Assembly: GCA_964016885.1 (NCBI GenBank)
Contig: OZ024741.1
Span: 175,894,001-175,958,000 of the forward strand
From: Eledone cirrhosa
Lineage: Eukaryota
Direction of reading: 5' to 3'
Length of the DNA: 64,000 nt
Under the pieces are notes generated by a model, which did no database searches, was not told the origin of the DNA, and saw nothing but the letters and a program-made list of their open reading frames with translations. The position numbers and the translations under genes are program-made. Below are positions 12,886-26,243 of the stretch, one piece after another (position 1 is the first letter of the stretch; the number at the start of each line of letters is the position of its first letter).

Positions 12886-14660
12886 TTCTTCCTCTATATC
12901 TCTTTCTTACCTTTTCACTTTCACTCTCTGTGAGATATCAGTGCCCAAGTTTCGCCTCCTCCTATGGCACAGCACCGCCAATACAACTCCTTCGGTAGTT
13001 ATTAGTCCTTTCATACACATCTATGTAATGTTATGTTTGGATTGCTGTGTGTAGTTTTCTGGGATCTCCATGTAAGCTCTTAACCACCCGTACTACTAAT
13101 TTGTAGTTTTCTCTTTTATAAGTGTTATATTCTATCAACATCTAAGAGTAGTGGATTGGTAGTATCGGTAGAGGGTCGGACACCATGATACTTAGCATAG
13201 AGTTACGGTCCTTTAAGTTCTGATTTGAAACCTTTACAACCCTATGGGGTTAATTTTGTCGGAAACAATATTCTATCAATGTTTCGCATGACAAAGTACT
13301 GATAAGGAGGGTTTGCGAAGGTGCGTTGTTTTAGCGGTTAGGGTGTTTGGCTCACAGGCTGCGTGTTGTATCATTCAGTAACCCATTTACTTCACGTTTC
13401 TTAAGTCCACGCACCTAGCTAACATAAGTTGTACCTGTAATTCAAGGGAGCATCCTTGTCACACCGTATCACGCTGAATCTCTCTGAGAAATATGTTAAG
13501 GCTGCACGTGTCTGTGTAATGCTCTGTCACTAACAGTGTAATTACATGAGCAATCAGTTTATTTTATTAAAATAACTAGACTCCAACAACATAATGGGTG
13601 GATTATGTTAATGAATCAAATATCGGAGGCCATTATATAAGGTTTGTACCGTCTTTGAACAAGTTTCTATAGTGTTAGTTCAATGAGCTTGGGTAAGTTT
13701 ATCAAATTATTGAAGTGAGACTCTTTGAAGACAAGAATCATACAGATCAAGAATGTTGGAAAAACTGTAGCTGAGAAATATATCGGTTGAAGTATTTATG
13801 AACTTAACACAACAACATGAAATGATGTAGCGTCCTAACAGAAACGATAAATCTCATGATGATTAAGACAAATGTTACCGAAATGTATCACCTGGACAAA
13901 ATGAATAAATTTTCTAATACAAAATTTGGTATTAATAACATACATTTATTAATGGGAAACTTCCTGCATTTTGATGGATATGCAAATTGTGAAACAGAAA
14001 CAGTCACATTTCATCAGGCTATAGCTTTATAAACAGAATTGTTGAGAATTGTTGAAATAATGTTCAAAGCTGTGATATTATGAAGGTATTTACAACAGAG
14101 GAAGAAAGAATCTATTTCTATCTAAACGTAATAATATCAGTGTAGATATGCAAATGAATAACGTTAGCGAGGGTACATTGATTTCAGGAAATACGTAGAT
14201 ACTCGCTGGAGAAACTAGAATTGGTGCACAGAACACAGTGCCTGAGTAGACACCCCAATGCATCATGGCTGTTACTCTGACAAGTCCACCCGAAATGTTA
14301 ATTTATTTTATCGTCTCCGAAAGGATGAAATGCAGGGGTGATATTGGTGGGATTTGGATTCAAAGTCGAGTGGAATAAGCACAAAAGGTGTTTCTTAACA
14401 CCCTATTGGCACATAAGATCAGTTATTTGAATTATTGTTTCATGTTCATGATAGTTTCCTATTTTTCGTATTATTCTTATTCTATGCGTTTCATTCCTTG
14501 TGGTATTATACCCCTTATTCCTCACAGGGTCACACCCACACAAACACAAAGACCCCCTTCCTTAACACACCACACCACACACATCTATAGTTTCCTAAGT
14601 ATAGATATTTTTCTCTCTTTGAGAGATGCACTATAATGATGCACTATATATATATATATA

Positions 14661-15038
14661 TATATTGGTAAACGGAATAGAAAATGCTGACGAATTGTTC
14701 ACAGTGAAAAATAGTTTAATTAGGAATAAGTGAGAATTAGTAATAGTATTGGTTAGTAATCAGTTTTGGCTTAAAGTTTTACCGGTTGCGCATTTCTAAT
14801 GCTTTTCAAAATAATTTTGAGATAGAGCGTCCGTGATGTTTGCTCTGATCTGAGCAAACATCACGGACGCTCTATCTCAAAATTATTTTTGAAAAGCATT
14901 TAGAAATGCGCAACCGGTAAAACTTTAAGCCAAAACTGATTACTAACCAATACTATTACTAATTCTCACTTATTCCTAATTAAACTATCTTTCACTGTGA
15001 ACAATTTGTCAGCATTTTCTATTCCGTTTACCAATATA
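14661..15038. mobile_element. Family C fold-back element (~185-bp arms)
   Basis: Near-perfect palindrome with apex 'gctctgatctgagc' at ~14842-14855 and (TA)n flanks. Duplicated at ~17016-17393. Confidence 0.9.
14886..14922 (+). ncRNA. Minimal HHR-like fold with U3-A8 core and GAAA changed to GCAA (family C)
   Basis: ttt-TTGAAAA-gcattt-ag-aaatgc-GCAA-ccgg-TA-aaa. Also present at 17241-17277 and on the opposite arms. Confidence 0.6.
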
Positions 15039-15064
15039 TCATAACTTGTGTGCTACACCTCTAT

Positions 15065-15104
<40 letters not shown>

Positions 15105-15503
15105 TTGTGTGTGTGTGTGTGAGGAAGAGAGAAAAGTATCGAATATACTCCTATGTTTATTATATTTAAGTATACCGTATATGCTTTCATATATAATCCT
15201 ATGACGAAAGCCTTTGTTAGTGCATCTTAATTTTCACCATGGAAGTTCGCACTGTATGCAAATGAGTATCGCCAGCCGATGACCTATACTAAAAAACCAT
15301 ATAGTCTTTAGTTCAGTTTGTCTTAATAGCGAATGAGTAAATATCACAGATTAAGGATAAAAAAACAGAAATACCTCTATGGTATTCTCATGGTGCTGAA
15401 ATAGCTGTGATATATTCGAATTTAAAAAAAACCCATCATAACGAGACATTTATATGTTTAGTAAACATAAACATATCGTATATCATTATATACAACAAGG
15501 GCG

Positions 15504-17419
15504 GTGGATTGGCAGTATCGGTAGAGGGTCGGACACCATGATACTTAGCATAGAGTTACGGTTCTTTAAGTTCTGATTTGAAACCTTTACAATCCTATGG
15601 GGTTAATTTTGTCGGAAACAATATTCTATCAATGTTTCGCATGACAAAGTACTGATAAGGTGGGTTTGCGAAGGTGCGTTGTTTTAGCGGTTAGGGTGTT
15701 TGGCTCACAGGCTGCGTGTTGTATCATTCAGTAACCCATTTACTTCACGTTTCTTAAGTCCACGCACCTAGCTAACATAAGTTGTACCTGTAATTCAAGG
15801 GAGCATCCTTGTCACACCGTATCACGCTGAATCTCTCTGAGAAATATGTTAAGGCTGCACGTGTCTGTGTAATGCTCTGTCACTAACAGTGTAATTACAT
15901 GAGCAATCAGTTTATTTTATTAAAATAACTAGACTCCAACAACATAATGGGTGGATTATGTTAATGAATCAAATATCGGAGGCCATTATATAAGGTTTGT
16001 ACCGTCTTTGAACAAGTTTCTATAGTGTTAGTTCAATGAGCTTGGGTAAGTTTATCAAATTATTGAAGTGAGACGCTTTGAAGACAAGAATCATACAGAT
16101 CAAGAATGTTGGAAAAACTGTAGCTGAGAAATATATCGGTTGAAGTATTTATGAACTTAACACAACAACATGAAATGATGTAGCGTCCTAACAGAAACGA
16201 TAAATCTCATGATGATTAGGACAAATGTTACCGAAATGTATCACCTGGACAAAATGAATAAATTTTCTAATACAAAATTTGGTATTAATAACATACATTT
16301 ATTAATGGGAAACTTCCTGCATTTTGATGGATATGCAAATTGTGAAACAGAAACAGTCACATTTCATCAGGCTATAGCTTTATAAACAGAATTGTTGAGA
16401 ATTGTTGAAATAATGTTCAAAGCTGTGATATTATGAAGGTATTTACAACAGAGGAAGAAAGAATCTATTTCTATCTAAACGTAATAATATCAGTGTAGAT
16501 ATGCAAATGAATAACGTTAGCGAGGGTACATTGATTTCAGGAAATACGTAGATACTCGTTGGAGAAACTAGAATTGGTGCACAGAACACAGTGCCTGAGT
16601 AGACACCCCAATGCATCATGGCTGTTACTCTGACAAGTCCACCCGAAATGTTAATTTATTTTATCGTCTCCGAAAGGATGAAATGCAGGGGTGATATTGG
16701 TGGGATTTGGATTCAAAGTCGAGTGGAATAAGCACAAAAGGTGTTTCTTAACACCCTATTGGCACATAAGATCAGTTATTTGAATTATTGTTTCATGTTC
16801 ATGATAGTTTCCTATTTTTCGTATTATTCTTATTCTATGCGTTTCATTCATTGTGGTATTATACCCCTTATTCCTCACAGGGTCACACCCACACAAACAC
16901 AAAGACCCCCTTCCTTAACACACCACACCACACACATCTATAGTTTCCTAAGTATAGATATTTTTCTCTCTTTGAGAGATGCACTATAATGATGCACTAT
17001 ATATATATATATATATATATTGGTAAACGGAATAGAAAATGCTGACGAATTGTTCACAGTGAAAAATAGTTTAATTAGGAATAAGTGAGAATTAGTAATA
17101 GTATTGGTTAGTATTCAGTTTTGTTTTAAGTTTTACCGGTTGCGCATTTCTAATGCTTTTCAAAAATAATTTTGAGATAGAGCGTCCGTGATGTTTGCTC
17201 TGATCTGAGCAAACATCACGGACGCTCTATCTCAAAATTATTTTTGAAAAGCATTTAGAAATGCGCAACCGGTAAAACTTTAAGCCAAAACTGATTACTA
17301 ACCAATACTATTACTAATTCTCACTTATTCCTAATTAAACTATCTTTCACTGTGAACAATTTGTCAGCATTTTCTATTCCGTTTACCAATATATCATAAC
17401 TTGTGTGCTACACCTCTAT

Positions 17420-17495
<76 letters not shown>

Positions 17496-18030
17496 TTGTG
17501 TGTGTATGCGTGAGGAAGAGAGAAAAGTATCGAATATACACAGTTTTCATCATAGGGTTGTATGTAAAAGCAAATACGATATATTTATGTATAATAAACA
17601 TACGAAAGTCTCACTATTTATTTTTGTTTAAGCTGTGACATGGTCACAACCTTTTCTTTAAAAAATTCATAACGAAACCCTCGTATGTTTATTATATTTA
17701 AGTATACCGTATATGCTTTCATATATAATCCTATGACGAAAGCCTTTGTTAGTGCATCTTAATTTTCACCATGGAAGTTCGCACTGTATGCAAATGAGTA
17801 TCGCCAGCCGATGACCTATACTAAAAAAACATATAGTCTTTAGTTCAGTTTGTCTTAATAGCGAATGAGTAAATATCACAGATTAAGGATAAAAAAACAG
17901 AAATACCTCTATGGTATTCTCATGGTGCTGAAATAGCTGTGATATATTCGAATTTAAAAAAAACCCATCATAACGAGACATTTATATGTTTAGTAAACAT
18001 AAACATATCGTATATCATTATATACAAGGA
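15504..18030. repeat. Tandem segmental duplication, copy 2
   Basis: Same sequence as 13151-15503 plus ~145 bp (about 17540-17683) absent from copy 1. Confidence 0.95.
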
Positions 18031-18447
18031 CGGTGGATTGGCAGTATCGGTAGAGGGTCGGACGGCATGCTTTGACGCATAGAGTTACGGCCCTTGCCAT
18101 TCTGAGTTCAAATCCCGCCGAGGTTAACTTTGCCTTTCATCCTTACGGGGTCGGTAATATAAAGTACCAGTAATACACTGGGTGTTTGCTGGCCTTGTGC
18201 CAAAAGTTGAAACAATTATATATACAACAAGGCCGGTGGATTGGCAGTATTGGTAGAGGGTCTGACGCAACGCTTTGCAGCATAGAGTTACGGCCCTTTA
18301 TGACCTGAATTCAAATCCCGTCGAGGTTAACTTTGCCTTTCATCCTTACGTGGTCGATAAATAAATAACCAGTCACACACTGGGATCGATTTAATCGACT
18401 TTCCCATCCCCAAAATTGCTGGCCTTGTGCCTATATAAGAAACCACT
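18028..18447 (+). mobile_element. Two tandem near-full-length Meta-domain tRNA SINEs
   Basis: Heads 'ggtggattggcagtatcggtagagggtc', B-box 'gagttcaaatccc', Meta core, tail 'gctggccttgtgcc'. Confidence 0.85.
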
Positions 18448-18769
18448 ATATATACAACTCGATAACGAAAAACAATGCTAGTGCAACCTAATTATACACT
18501 TATTTTTTCCTTCGTTGCAGCTTTCGTATCATCTGTATCTCCAAGTCGGTCGCTGACATTTTTCTTGATTTAGGACAGTAGGCTACACTACAAAATTAAG
18601 ATAGAGAGTGGTAATGCGTAGACAGAGCTGGGAATCGAAAATGTTATATTTTAGAAAGTCTCGATTGCTTGGCAGGTCGATTACCTCAGATCCTGTGAGG
18701 AATAGATACTGCCTTCAGGAGTAAATATGTTGATGTATGCTTTTTTTATCCCCCCTTTATTTTAGTGAA

Positions 18770-18829
<60 letters not shown>

Positions 18830-19001
18830 ATAATATTATTTATAGTTATGTATACACTATATACAACTAAAAACAGGATAGGTCAGTAACTCACTACCTT
18901 ATTACCAGTAAGAAAAATAGCTCAATGTAAATACATGAGATGTTTTACAGAGCCGGAATATAAATTGCACAATAATCAAAGCTATGTTCAAATCATTTTA
19001 T

Positions 19002-19048
19002 TGCTGACAACCGTTTCTTCCAAACTATCGTTTGGAATCATCGGAGCA
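19002..19048 (-). ncRNA. Type I hammerhead ribozyme with U4C core
   Basis: Minus strand: tgct-CCGATGA-ttccaaac-gata-gtttggaa-GAAA-cggttg-TC-agca. Stem II is 8 bp and the triplet is GUC. Confidence 0.8.
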
Positions 19049-19204
19049 CTAGCAATGTTTGTACATATAATTAACCTCCTATTTAACTGAACAATCATAT
19101 AGATACATGGATATTAATGTTGACAACAACAGTTTCGTATTTACAGAGTAGAATGGATGCGACATAGATTTTAAGAGAATTGTACAATAACTAAAATTAA
19201 AAAT

Positions 19205-19704
19205 TAAATTATTTTCTTATCCCCTAGGGTCCGCATTAGGTGAAAAACTGCGTTTTCAAAGATTTTTAGGGGTTTTTAGAGGCGTTACCTCAGACCGATT
19301 TCCTTGAAATTGTAGCTATGTATTAGTCAGTCTCTTCTTCATACCGTAAGCAAAGAAAATCCAACTTTCTTATGGCCTAGGGACCGCATTAGGTGAAAAA
19401 CTTCATTTTTTCAGCTTCTTAGGGCTTTTTTGAGGCGTTACGTCTAGCCGATTTTCCTGAAATTTCAAGGCATATTATGCACATAAAAAAATTAATTTTC
19501 TTGATCCCCTATGTCCCGCATTAGGTGAAAACCTGCATTTTTCCTTCTTGATCGAGGAAAATCTTAAAGATTATCCAGCAATTAGAATATTCGGCTTATT
19601 TTCTTTACATATTGTCCAGGCATGCAGATTTTCCACGATTAGGTCTGTTAGCGGTCCGCGTTCCAATATATCTTATCATGTGCAACGCCGGGTACCACTG
19701 CTAG
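19205..19704 (+). mobile_element. Non-autonomous Helitron 3' portion with internal subrepeats
   Basis: Ends 'gcaacgccgggtaccactgCTAG|t', resembling the 35953 terminus. 'ccgcattaggtgaaaa' repeats at ~19231, 19384 and 19517. The 5' end is uncertain. Confidence 0.65.
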
Positions 19705-19730
19705 TATATATATATATATATATAGGAACA

Positions 19731-19885
19731 TGTTTCGACGGCTATTTCTGGACAGAAATAGCCGTCGAAACGGCTTGAGCTCTGCCGTCGGGGTCATACA
19801 TTTTCCTATTATCCACTCTACTACCCCAAGTATTGAGTACTCTGGTGCGTTATAGTCCATCTGGTTCCTTACCACAACCCTTTCG

Positions 19886-19890
<5 letters not shown>
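19731..19890 (+). mobile_element. Family B element (half-HHR plus tail)
   Basis: Hairpin gacggctatttctg..agaaatagccgtc, then GAAA-cggc-ttGAGCTCt-gccg-TC-ggggtc. (TA)n flanks. Confidence 0.75.
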
Positions 19891-19926
<36 letters not shown>

Positions 19927-20103
19927 GTTATTAGGAGTATTCCAAAGCTTGGTAGAACAAGTTGTGAGGAAAGTTCTCAACATACGTTAAGGTGACTCGA
20001 CAGGTTGGTAGGGAATCTGTAGTGGAAACACGAACAAACGAGGAGTGTAATCAAAGAAGAGAATTAGGACGAAGGTAAACAATTACAAAAGAATTTAATC
20101 CAC

Positions 20104-20204
20104 GTATTAACAATTGTTTCATCAGAATTTCAGTCCATTATTGCTACACTATGTTATAAGAGGCAATCAAGAAAGATACTGTGGCATCCGAATTTTCAAA
20201 ATAC
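20104..20204 (-). ncRNA. Type I hammerhead with U3-A8 core and long stem II insert
   Basis: Minus strand: gtatt-TTGAAAA-ttcgga...tctgat-GAAA-caattg-TT-aatac. Stem III is the palindrome ACAATTGT. Confidence 0.65.
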
Positions 20205-21439
20205 AAAGTTGGAATGACCTTAGGAAATGAAATAAGGGGTAGTAGTGTAAGATAGAGGAACAGAGAGAGAGAGAGAGGGGCAAAAGAGAGGGAAAGAGAG
20301 AGAGAGAAAAGGGATAGAGGAAGGGAGAGAAAGAGAAAGAGATAGTGTGGTGTGAGAGGATTTGTATAGGGAGGGGGAGGAGGGATGTGTGCTAAAAGTC
20401 ATCACAACTTTTAGCACACATCCCTCCTCCTATGAAGCATGGTGTCCGACTCTCTACAGATTCTGCCAATCCACCGCCCTAATGTCTGTACGTAATGAGG
20501 GAGTGAGAGGGGAGAGAAAGAAAGGCAGAGGTGAAGTGACGAAGTGACTCTCTCCTCCTCCTCCTCCTCCTCCATATCCCTATTCGTCACAGCGATAGAG
20601 GGGAGGAATGTTAGTGTGTTACAAAGAGAAAGAGTGAGAGTGAGAGAAACAGACAGACTAAAAGAGAGGGATCGTTGGAGAGAGAGAGAGATAGCAACCA
20701 CGCGCGCACGCGTTTCCACTGTCGGACAGACAGACAGAGAAATTGCTGGTTATATATTATAAGGAGATAATGAGTCTGTTAAATTATGTTTCTCCCGCTA
20801 TTTGCGTGGGTTTGATATTTACTCCATTAGCATCGGATGCAGACTTTTCTCGATGTTGTCATGGTGGCTGACTAAATCAGGTTGTCTAGCCTATCACTGG
20901 TCTAGTCATATTTGTCTTTGTTAAAAACAATGTTTTTACTGTATCCTGATGTATTTGGCCATGATTCCCTTGAAGATGTTTGTGTATTATTAGCTTGAGA
21001 AGGTGTTTCCGTTAATCCGCTTTTATTGAATTTGTTATGGTCAGTTTTATTGTTTCTCTTACATTTACTTTACCGTTAACTCTATTAACTGCTGATTCTG
21101 TAGTAATGTGCGTTTTTATTAGGTTTGTTGTTATATAAATGGTCATGAGTATATATTTGTTTTGGTTGTATATTCTTCTGGCTGTTTTCGCAGTCTTGTG
21201 TGGTTAGCATCATAATGTTTTGTTAATTTTATTCTCTCTGGTTTCACTTTGCTCCTCCCCAGCTTACTTCATCTTCGTTAAGTTATGCTGGGCATTGGTC
21301 ATGGAGTGTTTCATCTCTGTGTCTGTTTATTTTAGTACATGTTGAAAATCTGGTTTGATTTTATTTTTGCTTTATCTAAACATTTCTTTTTATATTTATT
21401 TTACTCCAAATAGGTTTCGGTTGTGCAGTTATTTTAATT

Positions 21440-21524
21440 GTTTCTACTTTTAGGCACAAGGCCAGCAATTACCCAGTGCATTACTGGTACTTTATTTTAT
21501 CGACCCCGTAAGGATGAAAGGCAA
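21440..21524 (-). mobile_element. Meta-domain SINE 3' fragment
   Basis: 'ggcacaaggccagcaatt..ctggtactttattttatcgaccccgtaaggatgaaaggcaaa'. Confidence 0.8.
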
Positions 21525-21699
21525 ATATTTTAATGTTGTACATTATTATACCTTTCGTTTGCTTTTTTCCGCCTCTGTGTTGTTCTTTTGAAGTATTTAT
21601 CTATATGTATCAGATCTCGAAGGAAATACATCAGTACGTGTTAGGTATCATCTATGAGTTGGTGGCTTCCGAACAACTTTATTAATATTCATATCAACG

Positions 21700-22320
21700 A
21701 AACGCCACCTTTCTCCGCTTCAAAATGAACACACCCTCTTGCAACAGTTGACACATTATTGAGAATTTCTCTTTGCGATCACAGATCATCTATATAACAA
21801 AAACTTCCTTTCTTCTCAAGGTTAGTCAGTAAAACCTAATGTTTGTTTCAGTTCGTTTTCTAATTCTATCCATTCCGCTTCCTTGTACTGTCTAACCTTC
21901 TTACTATATATATCACCCCAAAAGACTCTGCTTCTTTCTGAGTCTGGTATCTTAGAGTTGTGTCACTTTAATCCCTCCATCGTTTCAAACAATCTCTACT
22001 GATTATTCCGGAACAGCTTGTTCTGTAGGGTCTGGTCTTTTCTACACAAATCTTAGATTAGACCTATAATGGAGGACAACCTCCACATTCTGAACGCTTA
22101 TCTTCATGCAAATAGATATCCTACAAAAGGCCTCCTTACTCAATGTCGGTTAACATTAAACATCAACCTCTAACCCACTAACATGCTACTTCCTCTCTCT
22201 ATCTATATTCTTTTACCGATATTACAATAGTAGCCTTCTTTTCGAAAGCCGACCGGTATTTTGCTACTGCCACCCATGCACTGCCAATACATTCATATAT
22301 TTCTCCACTCGTACCCATAA
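21700..22320 (-). pseudogene. Highly decayed LINE (RTE-like) 3' coding remnant
   Basis: Broken minus-strand peptides (CLKR..RIK, ..QLLQEG....KR) resemble the RTE C-terminus, with many stops and frameshifts. Confidence 0.3.
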
Positions 22321-23113
22321 TGTGGACCTTCATTTAAGCTCTGGATTGATCCCTAAGATTATTCCATTATTTCAAGAATGGAACCATTCTGGAATTCCCT
22401 TTACCTATATCATGATGCCATTCATGGGTAAACTGTTTAAGCGAAACATTAAAATCATCCGAATCACTAACTTTTCGGGTCCTGTGAGATTATGGGCACA
22501 GTCACGTCATAAAAATAAATTCAATAACAGAAAAACATAACTAAAGTCTGGTCCTCACGCATATAGATGACCTACATAAATGTGATGTGGTGCTTCATAT
22601 TAGAGTATTTTTATTTGTAGATATAATAGGAAAAATATATCACTGAATATTGACTTCTCTGCAAGGAAATCTAATTATGTTTTATTTGAGGGAAACATTC
22701 CTATATTTACGTATAAGCACGTACACAAATCTTATTTACAATGCTTTATTTTGTTTGTATCCGTTTGTGTAAATGCATATACGTATATATATATATACAA
22801 ACAATCATACACACACACACATGTACATACATGATATATATTATATGCATATAAATAGAAATATATTTGTATATATATATACATATATGTATCTCCACAC
22901 GCATAAATAGACCTATTTATACAGACAAACGCAACCAAGGACACATACACACACATGTATATATTATATAAATATACGGATATGATATTTAATAGTTCAG
23001 ACTAGGAATACTATTTTGAACTTATTGTTCAATACTTAAGGAAAGTAGAATGTAAATATGAATATAAAACTGAAAGCCCTACAGTCAAGCTCAAATCATA
23101 TCCTATAAATATA

Positions 23114-23193
<80 letters not shown>

Positions 23194-23227
23194 TATATAC
23201 ATATTTGTGTGTGTGTGTGTGTGTTAA

Positions 23228-23263
<36 letters not shown>

Positions 23264-23286
23264 GTATAATAAACAATACAATATAA

Positions 23287-23360
23287 TTACCTCATTACCA
23301 GAGGTTTCCCGAATAAGACGAATACAAGAAACGTCCTCATTCGTTCGTCGGACATGGCAA
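23287..23360 (-). ncRNA. Type I hammerhead candidate with U4C core
   Basis: Minus strand: ttgccatgt-CCGACGA-a-cgaatgag...cttattcg-g-GAAA-cctctgg-TA-atgaggtaa. Stem I has 8 of 9 pairs (with GU) and stem II is 8 bp. It lies ~1.4 kb downstream of the GIY-YIG remnant on the same strand. Confidence 0.6.
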
Positions 23361-24134
23361 TTTAAAACGTAGTGAAATATTTGAAAAGTTTAACGGGCAA
23401 AAAAAAATATTTATAAATAAAGGTAATGCAAGAGATATATAATAATAAAATAAGGAAATATAGTTAGGGTATGTGTATAAATGTGTGTATATTCACTCAC
23501 AAATGTACATATGTGTGTATGTACAAATGCATGTGTATAGTGAAAAAAATGTGTACGTAAGTATATATATGAGGGCAATCATATCAGTGTACGTGTGACC
23601 ACAAAAACGTATATAATATATGTTGAAAAAAGAAATTGTAAGATAATAGAGTTAGCGTACATACAGACTCAGGTATTAAGGATTGAAATATATACACATA
23701 CAAGTATGAAAGCACGCGTATAAACACACACACACGCGCGCGACCACATACATGCGAGGGATATATACAGGGAAGAGAGTGTATCAGTCAAAGCAGTGTC
23801 AGTCTGAAGGTCGATACAGATATAAATGAAAAAAAGAAAAAAATGTATGAGAATAAAAAAATAATAAAAATTTAAATCGAAGAGAAATTAAGAAGGAGGC
23901 GTTATCAATTATAAAGTAACACTAGAAAAAATAGAAAACAAACATAGGTTCGTACGTACACACATATATATATATATAAATATATATATAAATACGTACA
24001 GACAAAAGCGCAGACATGCGTACATACATACAAAGGCGCGCATACATACACACGAAGTACAGATATATATATAGCCACATGTATATCTAATCACACCCAC
24101 GCGACCATATATATATATGTATACACACATACAT

Positions 24135-24199
<65 letters not shown>

Positions 24200-24699
24200 C
24201 ATACACACATACACATACACACGTATATATAAGTATGTAAAAAACATAGCTATAAAACCACACGTACACACACATATACACACACACACGCGCACATACG
24301 AATGCGTTCGTATACATATACAAACACGCATACACACACATGCACGCACACACGCATAGATACAAATTAAAAACCGGCCGTATGAATAAATGAGTACCAA
24401 TTATACGCAAGTAAACATACATAAAGAGCGGCTGAGAGACGTAGAATGTATCTGGAGTTGAAAACGCAAGTGACATGTAATATCAGGTAGTGAAAGAAAA
24501 TGGGGAAGTAAAATGTGTGGAATTGTGAAGATATAAGGTAAATGAATCAAAAAGCATGGGGGGGGGGCGTCACTGGTGGATGTGAAGTAAAAATAAATTA
24601 AAAATAAAAATAAAAGTAAATCAGAAAGAGAAGTCTATAAAGAGGATAATTTAAGGAAAGTGAAGAACAAGAGTTTATGGAGGATAAGTATCTGAAAGT

Positions 24700-25400
24700 G
24701 AGTTAAGTTTATATGAGCTGGAAAGCAAGTGTGATTTCATGTGTGGGCAACTGGTGAAACTTTCTGTTTTTGTATTTAGGCAGGTTTTTGGTGATTTAAT
24801 TTCTGTAAAATCCAATATTTTTCACTTATGCAGAGTGCGCATCTTCTTGCTCCTCTTGCATATTTTTTAGATTGGTTCAAAATTGACCAATCTAATTTAT
24901 ATTGGATACCTTGGTCTTTCAAATCCCATATTCTGCTAGCCAGAGCTGTTGTAAATCTTTTTTCAGGATGTCGGAAAGATGCGACATGTGAGTAATAACG
25001 CGTTTTGAATTTGTCTTGTGTCATACCCATATATCGTTCGCTGGTGGCTGGTAGGTTGTTGCTGGTGGTTGTCACTTTAGTCGCATATACAATGGCTTTG
25101 GTGTGGCATTTACCTTGTAATGGGCATTCACTTTTGACTCTACAGGAGCAATTTTGATGTTCTGTGGGTATTTTCTTAACGAGGATATAAGATTTAATAG
25201 GTGGACTGCAGGAGTAGCTGATTTTGACACAGTTTCTATTGAAGATGTTATAGTATATATGTGTTCTAGGGAAATGTTTATCTAAGAGCTCTAGGAATTT
25301 TTTGCCTACATTAGTTTTAACTGCTAAAGAGTAGGGGGATGTGAACCAGATTATTTTTCTTTTCCTATTATTATGTTTAAAGGAGTTAGTATTGTTGGGT
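24700..25400 (-). pseudogene. Penelope-like element C-terminal region with GIY-YIG endonuclease
   Basis: Minus-strand translation: RKIIWFTSPYSLAVKTNVGKKFLELLDKHFP..IFNRNCVKISYSC..CPLQGKC..IVY..YMGMTQDKFKTRYYSH..SF..LASRIWDLK..WSIL..CALCISEK. Frameshifted near the end. Confidence 0.88.
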
Positions 25401-25616
25401 ATGTACTTAATCGGTAATAGACGGGTAGAAGTCTACAATGTCAAATTGGGTGAATCTATAACTATTTTTATCTGCAACAAAAGAACTTTGTTAGATGATA
25501 TATATATATGTTTATATCTATATTATATCTGTATTTTGGACCGTTAGTCAGTCAATGGTAAACATTGAAGATCTAATGAATTAACTGATATAAAAGATAC
25601 AGAAGCGAAAACCAAC

Positions 25617-25797
25617 TATGAAAGTATGATCCCGATGGCAGAGCTCAAGTCGTTTCGACGGCTATCTCTGGACGGCTATTATAGTCCAGAAATAGCCGTG
25701 GACATGCCTTGAGCTATTACCCACTCTACTACCCTAAGTATTGAGTACTCTGGTGCGTCATGGTCCATCTGGTTCCTTACCACAACTCCTCCGTTAT
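25617..25797. mobile_element. Family B element, rearranged fold-back
   Basis: 'gagctcaagtcgtttcgacggctat..tccagaaatagccgt..ttgagct' plus the family B tail. Confidence 0.7.
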
Positions 25798-25887
25798 ATA
25801 TATATATATATTTATTTATTAGGCAAAAAGATGAAATCGAAAATGCAACTGCAGTCTTTTTTTTTTAAATATATATTTATTTGCTTC

Positions 25888-25923
25888 CTTTACCGGTTTC
25901 GCAGTTCTTCTGCCTTTCAAAAG
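25888..25923 (-). ncRNA. Minimal hammerhead (family D), inverted pLTR copy
   Basis: ctt-TTGAAAG-gcag-aagaa-ctgc-GAAA-ccgg-TA-aag (A9 changed to G). Confidence 0.65.
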
Positions 25924-26243
25924 TAGAATTGAGATGGAGAGTTTGTGCTTTTTCTCACATCTGGTTGGTCTGTGAATGTTACTACTGTTTTATATGTAAA
26001 AAAGTGGCTCGAAATCTTAGCATTTTAGAGAAGTAATTTGGTTGGCTGGTGAATAAGTATAATAAAATTCGCGCCAGTTCGCGTTACAAAGTTCTTATTA
26101 TATTTGCCTTCAAACGGGGGGGGGGGGGGGGGGTCTCAGGTTATTTTTTCATATATGAGTGAGTGAAGTCTGGTTGGTTGATGCTGTCGCGTGAATAAGC
26201 ACATCAGCTTTCGCGCCAGTTTGTGTTTGAATTTCTTTTTACC

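Larger units (their letters stand above)
13151..15503. repeat. Tandem segmental duplication, copy 1 (2353 bp)
   Basis: Offset of 2353 between matching landmarks (13151/15504; ORFs 14388/16741). The copies differ by only scattered substitutions. Confidence 0.95.

Noticed and set aside
18501-18725. Strong splice acceptor (ttttttccttcgttgcag) and a possible exon
   Set aside because: All three frames close quickly. A non-coding exon cannot be supported without RNA data.
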